Source: Bacteroidia bacterium (GTDB taxonomy: Bacteria > Bacteroidota > Bacteroidia > UKL13-3). Taken from it: a stretch of 37,349 bases of DNA. Numbering within the stretch: position 1 is the first letter of the stretch; each line of letters begins with the position of its first letter. The position numbers were made by a program, and so were the translations under genes. The notes under the pieces are model-generated. The model saw only the letters and a list, made by a program, of their open reading frames with translations, made no database searches and was not told the origin of the DNA. Below are positions 1-7,199 of this stretch, piece after piece. The stretch is taken from NCBI GenBank assembly GCA_018058165.1, contig JAGPCI010000002.1:1-37349 (forward strand), in the 5' to 3' direction.

Positions 1-865
1 TAGTTCCTTCCATAAAAATACCCGTAGTATTTGCTAAAAATCGGTTGTTAAAAATGTAACTATCCGATATTTCTTTTAGTAATAATCCATACGCAGCATC
101 GCCCCAATTATCCTCAAACCAATTGTTAATCATTTTAACCCCATTAGTAAACATTACGGCTACACCAGCTCCGTTGTTTTTAAATACATTACTTATGTAG
201 GTATCATTATGAGAAAACATAAAATGTAAGCCATACCTAATATTGTTACTTGAAATATTACGCCAAATAATTGACCCGGTAACAAACTCTAAATAAATGC
301 CATCACGGTGGCCATTAATTTTATTCCCTATAATTTGTATGCTGTCACTTTTCCAGCAATGTATGCCATTACCTATTTCTTGTTCTTCTTTTCCGTAGGC
401 ATTAATGGTATTGTTTTTTATAATACAATGTTTGCCGTATTGTATGTAAATGCTAAAAAAATTGTCGTCTAATATATTGTTTGATATGGTTACAAACCAT
501 GCATCGTAAACTTTAACTCCACAGGGATCTTCTAGTGTTCCGTATCCAGAGTTTTTAATCGTAAATCCATCTAAAACAACAAAGTTTGCTTTGATAGATA
601 TTACCTCTTGTTTTTTTTGGCCATCAATTACTGGGTTGTTTTTACCAAGTATGGTTAGGCTTTTATCAATAAGGATATTGCCTTCTTGATAAATTCCACC
701 ATCAACTATAATTGTATCGTTATCTAATGATAATTTAAGTGCTTCTTTAATTGTTTTTAAGGCAAATTTTGGACCAACGGTTATAGTTTTTGCCGAGGCT
801 GATGTGCAAGTTATTGTTGCTAATAAAAGTAATATGATGAAGTTTGTTCTATTAATTATTGCCAT
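1..865 (-). CDS. nosD: Nitrous-oxide reductase maturation protein NosD (periplasmic beta-helix protein). N-terminal part only; the gene runs off the left edge
   Basis: Absent from the ORF track because it has no stop in the window. Manual reverse-complement translation from the ATG at 865-863 stays open to position 1. It gives MAIINRTNFIILLLLATITCTSASAKTITVGPKF..VDGGIYQEGNILIDKSLTILGKNNPVIDG..NGIHCWKSD..HRDGIYLEFV..IRYGLHFMFSHND..NNGAGVAVMFTNG. These are a signal peptide followed by repeated parallel beta-helix motifs typical of NosD. It overlaps the upstream nosL stop by 10 nt. Confidence 0.85.
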   Translation of the reverse strand, partial: MAIINRTNFIILLLLATITCTSASAKTITVGPKFALKTIKEALKLSLDNDTIIVDGGIYQEGNILIDKSLTILGKNNPVIDGQKKQEVISIKANFVVLDGFTIKNSGYGTLEDPCGVKVYDAWFVTISNNILDDNFFSIYIQYGKHCIIKNNTINAYGKEEQEIGNGIHCWKSDSIQIIGNKINGHRDGIYLEFVTGSIIWRNISSNNIRYGLHFMFSHNDTYISNVFKNNGAGVAVMFTNGVKMINNWFEDNWGDAAYGLLLKEISDSYIFNNRFLANTTGIFMEGT

Positions 866-1857
866 GTTATTGCTTTAGCCTCGTATTGTTGCAGGTAAGG
901 CTCAGCATCTGCAATTGTTGCAAATGCGGCTATTCCGCCACCCATAGGGCTTTTAATATTTTCGCTATTTATAAGTGTGGCTTTATTTATTAATAAAAAT
1001 GATGATGGATTTAAAAAATCGGCCACATAAAAATTAGTTGTTACTGCTTGTGGTTGTGCTGTTTTATAATTGGTCATGCATTTTACATCATCAAATTTAT
1101 AAACTCGTCCTTTAGCTGTTACTAATTGGCTGGCAAACTTAGCATCAGTTATGGTCATCTTACAAAAATCACATTGGTCAACATTAATTTTAATTACAGC
1201 AGGTCCTACCTCTGCACACGAAGTTAAAAACATAATCGAAAGGCCAACAATAGTTAGTGCTTTATTTTTTTTAAATTTGCCCAATATGTTGTGCTCTACT
1301 GCAAAACAAAAAAGCATTACCACACCTGCGCCAATAAACATCCAACCGCCAAAGGCAGGTATAGAATAAGCGCCAAAATTTAATAATTGTTTAAATCCAA
1401 TTAATGGTGGTTGATATGCCATACCGGGAACAATTATAGCTGCATTTGGGTCTAAGTTATGGCCATAATTATAATTCCAACGGTAAAAATCTATCATTGA
1501 TATTATACCAAAAAGTATAAAACTAACGAGTAAAAAAGTAAGTATTTTTTTATTATTGAGTAGGGCAGTAGCAAGGCTAAAAAGTGCAAAAAAGGCTATT
1601 AGGTATCTTAATATAGAAAACTCTATAAAATTTTCTGAGTGCAAGGTTTGCATGCCAATGTAATGGTTTAATCCATTAATAATATCAACATCTCCACCAA
1701 GACCATTTGCGTGAATAGTTAGAGCTAATCCTTCTGGATATTGCGGTGCATCTAATTCAATGCGCCATATAGCAACAAACATTGAAGTAACTAACATAGC
1801 AGCGGCTATAACTAACAGCAATCTTGATGACGGTTTAAGTTTGTTATCTGAGTTCAT
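856..1857 (-). CDS. nosL: NosL-family copper chaperone domain fused in frame to an N-terminal four-helix membrane domain (NosB-like?)
   Basis: The C-terminal ~135 aa carry a lipobox (LSIMFLTSC) and NosL-like motifs (VDQCDFCKMTI, KGRVYKFDDVKC, SPMGGGIAAF). The N-terminal ~190 aa have four hydrophobic helices. It lies between nosZ and nosD. Confidence 0.75.
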   Translation of the reverse strand: MNSDNKLKPSSRLLLVIAAAMLVTSMFVAIWRIELDAPQYPEGLALTIHANGLGGDVDIINGLNHYIGMQTLHSENFIEFSILRYLIAFFALFSLATALLNNKKILTFLLVSFILFGIISMIDFYRWNYNYGHNLDPNAAIIVPGMAYQPPLIGFKQLLNFGAYSIPAFGGWMFIGAGVVMLFCFAVEHNILGKFKKNKALTIVGLSIMFLTSCAEVGPAVIKINVDQCDFCKMTITDAKFASQLVTAKGRVYKFDDVKCMTNYKTAQPQAVTTNFYVADFLNPSSFLLINKATLINSENIKSPMGGGIAAFATIADAEPYLQQYEAKAITWQ

Positions 1858-1872
1858 TTTTTTGGCATTAAA

Positions 1873-1911
1873 AAAGGAGGTGCTGATGCATTATTCATCC
1901 GCACCTCCTTT
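1873..1911 (-). terminator. Strong hairpin between nosZ and nosL, followed by a T-run on the transcribed strand (attenuator or 3'-stabiliser)
   Basis: AAAGGAGGTGC (1873-1883) pairs perfectly with GCACCTCCTTT (1901-1911), and an inner GATG/CATC pair extends the stem. On the minus strand the stem runs into TTTTTTAATG. Confidence 0.5.
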
Positions 1912-1926
1912 CGGTTTATTTAAGTA

Positions 1927-3918
1927 TTATTTTTTTGCTTCTGGGGCAGTAGGTGTTGTAGGGTTGCCAAGTAACCAACTAAGTGGTGTGTTACTGTTTG
2001 CTGGCGATACGCGAACATATCCTGACATTTCTTGATGTAATGCACTACAAAAATCTGTACAATACATTGGGAACACGCCTGCTTTTTCTGGAACCCATTT
2101 TAAAGTAGCAGTTTCTCCTGGCATAACTAATAATTCACCATTTCTTGCTCCTTTTACCGCAAAACCATGCGGTACATCCCAATCTTGCTCTAGGTTAGTT
2201 ACGTGGAAGTAAACTTCATCACCAACTTTTACACCTTCAATATTATCTGGGGCTAAGTGAGAGCGAATTGCTGTCATATACACATGAACTTTTTTGCCTT
2301 CGCGAACTACTTTAGTTTCATGTTCGCCTTTTGCAACATAAGGGTGATTGTTTTCAGCAATCTTAAATATTTTAACAGAGTTTGGTGCAATTAATTCTGC
2401 TGGTGCAGCTTGTGCGTAATGCGGCTCACCAATAGTAGGGAAATCTAATATTAACTGCATTTTATCACCGCTGATATCATATAACTGTGCGCTTTGAGAT
2501 AACTCTGGTCCAGTTGGTAAATATCTATCTTTGGTAATTTTGTTGTATGCTATTAAGTATTGTCCAAATGGTTTTTTACTATCGCCACCCGGAACGCATA
2601 AGTGACCTACAGAATAAAATGTTGGTACACGGTCTAATACTTTTAGGTCTTTAATATTCCATTTAACAACTTCTGATGAAACGAAGAATGAAGTGTAAGC
2701 GTTACCTTTACCATCAAACTCAGTATGCAATGGGCCTAAGCCTGGTTTTTTAACTTCACCATATAAAGCAGCTTCGTATTTTATTACATCAATACCATCA
2801 TATTTACCATCAAATTGTTTGTCGGCAATGGCTTTTTGAATTTTATCGAAGCTAAATACAGGAATTAAAGCAGCTAATTTACCACTACCTACAATGTACC
2901 CACCAGTTGGGTCTACGTCACAACCGTGTGGAGATTTAGGGCATGGAATCATGTAACATAAGTCAGAAAACTCTTTTGCATCAAGTATAAGTACTTCGGT
3001 TCTCAATTCTGATTTTGCAGAATGTGTTTTTTCGTCCCATACATTATGAATGTATTTAGCAGCAGTTTTTTTACCTCTACCTGCTTTAATATATTCTTCA
3101 GCTTTTTTCCAATTTACAGCCATAATAAAATCTTTGTCGTTTTTAGAAGCGTTAACCTCTAACAAAGTATTTGCTTGCTCTGTATTGTAGCATGAAAAGA
3201 AGAACCAACCATGTGATTTGCCTTTACCAGCGTGGCTTAAATCAAAGTTTACGCCAGGGCATTGAATTTGAAATGCAATATCCATTTCACCTTCTTTACC
3301 TACACTAATAAAGCTTAAATGGCCTTTAAAGTTTTGTTTGTAAGTGTTAATTGGCACATCACCATTCGAGTTGTCGGCTGGTACGCTAAAACGTGTTCCT
3401 GCAACTACATACTCAGTATTTTCTGTAATAAATGGTGACGAGTGGTTACCTGCACTATTTGGTATTTCAATAATCTCGGCTGTACGGAAAGTTTTTAAAT
3501 CAATACGTGCAACACGTGGTGTGTTATTGGCATTACCAAATACCCAACGGCCATCAATTTCGCCATTAGTTTGCGACATTTCTGTGTGATGCAAATCATC
3601 CCAAGGCACCATACCATGTGATGTGTTTAACATTGGTTTAGTTTCTTCGCTGTATCCCCAGCCTTTTTCTGGATCAACTGCAAATACTGGGATAACACGT
3701 AGTAAACGACCACTCGGCAATCCGTAAACGCTTAATTGGCCGCTAAATCCACCACTTACAAAGTTGTAGAATTTGTCGAGTTTACCAGGTGCGATGTATG
3801 TTTTTTGTGCAGCATCACCTGTAACCGCGTTGCTTGTATTTTTTGGTTTACAAGAAACGATAGCAGCAACGGCCATACTAGCAATTGCGCCTTTAATTAA
3901 TATACTATTCCTTTTCAT
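1927..3918 (-). CDS. nosZ: Sec-dependent (clade II) nitrous-oxide reductase NosZ
   Basis: 663 aa. The CuA motif is C-terminal (CTDFCSALHQEM). CuZ-type histidine motifs are present (DDLHHTE, KSPHGCDV, GPLHTEF, GEPHYA). There is no twin-arginine motif; the N-terminus is a Sec/lipoprotein-type signal (AAIVSC). Confidence 0.95.
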   Translation of the reverse strand: MKRNSILIKGAIASMAVAAIVSCKPKNTSNAVTGDAAQKTYIAPGKLDKFYNFVSGGFSGQLSVYGLPSGRLLRVIPVFAVDPEKGWGYSEETKPMLNTSHGMVPWDDLHHTEMSQTNGEIDGRWVFGNANNTPRVARIDLKTFRTAEIIEIPNSAGNHSSPFITENTEYVVAGTRFSVPADNSNGDVPINTYKQNFKGHLSFISVGKEGEMDIAFQIQCPGVNFDLSHAGKGKSHGWFFFSCYNTEQANTLLEVNASKNDKDFIMAVNWKKAEEYIKAGRGKKTAAKYIHNVWDEKTHSAKSELRTEVLILDAKEFSDLCYMIPCPKSPHGCDVDPTGGYIVGSGKLAALIPVFSFDKIQKAIADKQFDGKYDGIDVIKYEAALYGEVKKPGLGPLHTEFDGKGNAYTSFFVSSEVVKWNIKDLKVLDRVPTFYSVGHLCVPGGDSKKPFGQYLIAYNKITKDRYLPTGPELSQSAQLYDISGDKMQLILDFPTIGEPHYAQAAPAELIAPNSVKIFKIAENNHPYVAKGEHETKVVREGKKVHVYMTAIRSHLAPDNIEGVKVGDEVYFHVTNLEQDWDVPHGFAVKGARNGELLVMPGETATLKWVPEKAGVFPMYCTDFCSALHQEMSGYVRVSPANSNTPLSWLLGNPTTPTAPEAKK

Positions 3919-3932
3919 ATTAGGATGGTTTG

Positions 3933-4436
3933 TTATTTTACTCCGTCATTTTTACGCATAAATTCTAAAATTTTGCGCGCATCATCATCTGTTAATCCTT
4001 GGTTTGGCATTCTCACTAAACAAATTTCTAATTGAGCTTGAACTTCTGGGTCTTTGTCAATCATTGGATCTGGATTAGTTATAAAATTCATAATCCACTC
4101 TGGTGCTCTTCTTGAGGTAACACCGTGCCATCCTGGTCCTACTAATCTTTCGTCAGTCATTTTGTGACATGATGAGCATTTTACGCCCGCAATGCTTTCA
4201 CCTTCAGTTGCCATTGCAGCATCTACAGTTGGGCTAATGGTTAAATTGTCTGCTGAGAATTTTCCTTCACCACGATTTGGATCGTAATCTGGATTGCCTG
4301 TTGTTGTTTCAGTGCTTTCGGTTGTAGTTGTTGTTGCTTCTGATGAAGTAGCAGTGGTTTCGTTTGAGCTTCCTCCGCATGCATAAAGCGCTACAGAGAT
4401 GGCCATAATTGCAATTACTTTTTTCATAAAAATCAT
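3933..4436 (-). CDS. Lipoprotein monohaem c-type cytochrome, probable electron donor to NosZ
   Basis: Lipobox VALYAC, a Thr/Ser/Glu-rich tether, a single CSSCH and a distal Met (VRMPNQG). The stop is 14 nt upstream of the nosZ start. The start may instead be the MKK at 4427. Confidence 0.8.
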   Translation of the reverse strand: MIFMKKVIAIMAISVALYACGGSSNETTATSSEATTTTTESTETTTGNPDYDPNRGEGKFSADNLTISPTVDAAMATEGESIAGVKCSSCHKMTDERLVGPGWHGVTSRRAPEWIMNFITNPDPMIDKDPEVQAQLEICLVRMPNQGLTDDDARKILEFMRKNDGVK

Positions 4437-4587
4437 GTAAATTTTGTTCTACGAAAGTGGTCATGTTTGCATTTTTATTTTATGCGTTCAGTCATAAAAC
4501 TAAGATGATTAAAAGCAGCAACTTATAGTAATTGGTAAGTAAGATTTTGGTTGAATTGGTGCATGTTATTTTATCGCTAATTAAATA

Positions 4588-5649
4588 TTAGTTAGATAAA
4601 CTTTCATTATCTGTAAGTGTTTTTAAAAAGGCTACTAATGCCTGCTTTTGTTCAGTAGTTAGGTTTAATTTATAGGTTGGCGCTTTTTTATTAATTATTG
4701 GGTCGATTGTGGCTGATGGCTTAATTCCTGAGTTATAAAATTCTACCACTTCCTCTAAACTACTGTATCTTCCATCATGCATGTATGGTGCTGTTAGGCT
4801 TGCATTGCGTAAAGTTGGTGTAGCAAATCTACCAATATCATTTGCATTATTTGTTACCAACCATCGGCCATTATCAAACCCACTAAAAGTACTGTTTAAG
4901 CCATTATTATGAAACTCTGTATCGCTAAATAAAGGTGGTTGATGGCAATGAAAACAATCTCCTATTTCGCTAAAAAAAATGTTATAGCCCTCTTGTTCTA
5001 GAGTAGTAAACATTGTTTCACCATTCATAACTTTATCATATTTTGAATTGCTACTAATTATAGTACGCATGTATTGCGAAATGGCATAGGATATTTTTGT
5101 TTGCATAGTTTTAAAATCGTAATCGTAAATGTTTTTAATTAAAAATGCCTTGTAAAATGCATCTTTATAGTAACTGCTATTTGCTAAGTTTTGATACATA
5201 TCTGCCGAGTCTGTATTAAAAAATTCTGGACCAAAATCTGCTATGCATAAAGTATCTAAAATGGTTACTGAACCCGTCCAATTGTAATGTCGTTTAAATG
5301 CTAAATTAATATGTGGCGGCACACTTATTCTATATCCATTCTCGCCAATATGCATGGGTACCGAAAATGATTTATCTCGATGGTGGCATGATGAGCAACT
5401 TCTACCGTTGCTTGATAACATTGGTTCGTTATATAACCGCTCGCCAAGCGCTACCCCTTCTTCTGTTAACGGGTTATCTGAATTTACTTTGTATAATGGA
5501 AATCCTTTAGGCACTTTTAGTATGTAAGGAGTAGGTTTATAATCTACAATTGGTGTGGCGGGCTCGTTTTCTTTACAAGCACTTATGCTTAATACAATAA
5601 TTAAAAATGCTATTAATATTTTACTCAACATAAAACACATCCTTTCCAT
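4588..5649 (-). CDS. Di-haem cytochrome c peroxidase family protein (CCP/MauG/MbnH-like), lipoprotein
   Basis: Two CXXCH motifs (CSSCH, CFHCH) about 145 aa apart and a CCP-type motif TPTLRNASLTAPYMHDG. The lipobox is LSISAC. The likely true start is MLSKIL at 5631. Confidence 0.8.
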   Translation of the reverse strand: MERMCFMLSKILIAFLIIVLSISACKENEPATPIVDYKPTPYILKVPKGFPLYKVNSDNPLTEEGVALGERLYNEPMLSSNGRSCSSCHHRDKSFSVPMHIGENGYRISVPPHINLAFKRHYNWTGSVTILDTLCIADFGPEFFNTDSADMYQNLANSSYYKDAFYKAFLIKNIYDYDFKTMQTKISYAISQYMRTIISSNSKYDKVMNGETMFTTLEQEGYNIFFSEIGDCFHCHQPPLFSDTEFHNNGLNSTFSGFDNGRWLVTNNANDIGRFATPTLRNASLTAPYMHDGRYSSLEEVVEFYNSGIKPSATIDPIINKKAPTYKLNLTTEQKQALVAFLKTLTDNESLSN

Positions 5650-6364
5650 TATTGGTAATTTTCATCATGGTAGTTGAATCGCCCATGGTATAATTTCCAT
5701 CAGTAAATAAGTTATAGGTATATGGGTTTTTGTACCATTCATTAATATTCATGGTAAGGCCAATTGTAGAAGTTTGATTTTCGTTAACTGTTGTACTAGT
5801 GGTGATAGGATTGTGGTTGATTAAGTAAGCATTTAAACCTGTATGCACTGCATAACCTTTTCTATCATTTGATGGTGTTAAAAACTGTCCTTCTAGCTTT
5901 AAAAAATGGTAACCGCCACCCATCGCTTCAGGCCATATCATTCCAATATTTTCATCTGTATTGGGTATCATGCCATGTTGGTTATTTGCTGCATCAATAC
6001 CAATATTAAACGATAGGCTTTCGTAAGTGCCTAATGGAACATTATCTAGTTTAATTTGTATAGGTTGTGTTCTAGCGTCTATATAAACTATTTGGTTTGA
6101 TATATATTTTACTACACCATTAGTGGTGAGCTTAAAATTAGATAAATAATAATTTACCCTTGTAACACTAAAGTTATTGTTGGCTAAGTTGGTATATTTT
6201 AAGGTATCAAAAAGTAATAATTGCCCGTCAACTTTATGGGTTAGGTTTAGGTTAATGGTGCCTGTGGGCGTAATAACAATTGGTTTAATATCTTCTGTAT
6301 CCTTACATGCTCCTAATAAAAATGAAAGCAGTATGATTAAAATGGAGGTTTGTTTGTTTAGCAT
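5621..6364 (-). CDS. MbnP-like periplasmic lipoprotein (putative copper-binding partner of the di-haem peroxidase)
   Basis: 247 aa with lipobox FLLGAC and all-beta-type composition. It overlaps the di-haem peroxidase gene immediately downstream, which is the arrangement typical of MbnP-MbnH pairs. The family call is from recall, not from a search. Confidence 0.5.
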   Translation of the reverse strand: MLNKQTSILIILLSFLLGACKDTEDIKPIVITPTGTINLNLTHKVDGQLLLFDTLKYTNLANNNFSVTRVNYYLSNFKLTTNGVVKYISNQIVYIDARTQPIQIKLDNVPLGTYESLSFNIGIDAANNQHGMIPNTDENIGMIWPEAMGGGYHFLKLEGQFLTPSNDRKGYAVHTGLNAYLINHNPITTSTTVNENQTSTIGLTMNINEWYKNPYTYNLFTDGNYTMGDSTTMMKITNNGKDVFYVE

Positions 6365-6368
6365 ATAC

Positions 6369-6376
6369 CAAAATTA
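6369..6376 (-). promoter_or_regulatory. Bacteroidota -7 promoter element (TAATTTTG) for mbnP
   Basis: The reverse complement of CAAAATTA matches the consensus TAnnTTTG exactly. It ends 4 nt before the mbnP ATG (6364), which implies a leaderless or near-leaderless mRNA. Confidence 0.45.
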
Positions 6377-6398
6377 CCACCGTTTTTTTTGATAAAGG

Positions 6399-6412
6399 TT
6401 GATGGCTGTCAA
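6399..6412. promoter_or_regulatory. FNR/CRP-type box TTGAT-GGCT-GTCAA
   Basis: 9 of 10 matches to TTGAT-N4-ATCAA. It lies in the divergent region between mbnP (-) and a 55-aa ORF (+). It sits 26 nt from the TTTG/GTTG of a -7-like element on each side. Confidence 0.55.
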
Positions 6413-6434
6413 CGTTTATTATTTGTAAGCAAAT

Positions 6435-6442
6435 TAATGTTG
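6435..6442 (+). promoter_or_regulatory. -7-like element TAATGTTG for the 55-aa ORF
   Basis: One mismatch to TAnnTTTG. It shows the same 26-nt spacing from the FNR-type box as the two minus-strand promoters. Confidence 0.3.
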
Positions 6443-6471
6443 CAGCACATTAACCAATTAATCAATATACA

Positions 6472-6639
6472 ATGAAGTTGTTTTTGAATATTTTATTGCA
6501 AGGCGGACCACCAGACCCTATAGATTGGGGAGATCCAGAGGATATTCCAATATCTGATCAAGCTTATGTTTTATTTGTACTTGCAATAATATATGGATCG
6601 TATAAAATTTATCAATCAATAAAAAAAGCACCTAAGTAG
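6472..6639 (+). CDS. Hypothetical 55-aa small membrane protein
   Basis: Below the ORF-track cut-off. Manual translation gives MKLFLNILLQGGPPDPIDWGDPEDIPISDQAYVLFVLAIIYGSYKIYQSIKKAPK: an acidic/Pro-rich segment, one TM helix and a basic tail. It ends inside a strong terminator and has promoter-like elements upstream. Confidence 0.35.
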   Translation: MKLFLNILLQGGPPDPIDWGDPEDIPISDQAYVLFVLAIIYGSYKIYQSIKKAPK

Positions 6640-6649
6640 GTGCTTTTTT
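6621..6649. terminator. Bidirectional rho-independent terminator
   Basis: AAAAAAAGCACCT-aagt-AGGTGCTTTTTT: a 7-bp GC-containing stem with an A-run and a T-run on either side. It lies between the convergent 55-aa ORF (+) and the lipoprotein gene ending at 6675 (-). Confidence 0.75.
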
Positions 6650-6674
6650 ATGTTTAAATAAAAGTTAAGGTAGT

Positions 6675-7163
6675 TTATTCGAAGTATTGGTTAAACATTA
6701 CAAACGATGCTTGCAATGCGTTTACAATTTGTGACGCTTCTTCTTCGTTTTTAGCATTTCCTAAATCTTTTATTAATTGCATATATGGATGTAACCATAC
6801 GTGTAATTCTTCATGCGATTGACCTTTCATGGTGCAGCTTTTGGTTAGTAAGCCTACAGTTGAGTTTAACTCTTTAGCCAGTGCAGCATAATCTTTTTTA
6901 GGTGCATTTATGTAAGTGTCTACTAGGCCTTCGCTATTACGTACATACACCATCATCTCTTTATTCACTGCCCATTTTGCACCATTGTTTAAGTTAATCT
7001 CTAGCTTTTCTGTTGCTTCATGGCTCTCCTCATGTTCTGCTGTATTACTTACTTGTTCTTGATTAGAAGCAACATCGTTTGTTGGTGTTTTTGGCTGTTG
7101 GTTGCAACTAGTAGTAATTGCTAACCCGCCCGCCAAGGCAAAAAATAATTGTAGTTTCATCAT
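6675..7163 (-). CDS. Hypothetical lipoprotein with His/Glu-rich motifs
   Basis: Lipobox AITTSC, a low-complexity linker with EHEESHE, and a C-terminal helical part with QSHEELHVWLHPYM. I recognise no family. Confidence 0.6.
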   Translation of the reverse strand: MMKLQLFFALAGGLAITTSCNQQPKTPTNDVASNQEQVSNTAEHEESHEATEKLEINLNNGAKWAVNKEMMVYVRNSEGLVDTYINAPKKDYAALAKELNSTVGLLTKSCTMKGQSHEELHVWLHPYMQLIKDLGNAKNEEEASQIVNALQASFVMFNQYFE

Positions 7164-7199
7164 TTAAATTGTGTTTAAAATAAATTAATGGGTAAGTTT

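Noticed and set aside
1873-1883. AAGGAGGTG, a perfect Shine-Dalgarno-like sequence upstream of nosL
   Set aside because: It is part of both arms of the hairpin and lies more than 15 nt (near arm) and more than 40 nt (far arm) from the ATG. Bacteroidota generally do not rely on SD pairing, so it is interpreted as stem sequence only.
4437-4587. Search for an FNR box or TAnnTTTG promoter in front of the cytochrome c-nosZ genes; a GCAT-N9-ATGC partial palindrome at about 4468-4484
   Set aside because: There is no TTGAY-N4-RTCAA match and no CAAA..TA element on the correct strand. The partial palindrome is short and AT-rich. The region is left unannotated, and read-through from the mbnP promoter is considered instead.
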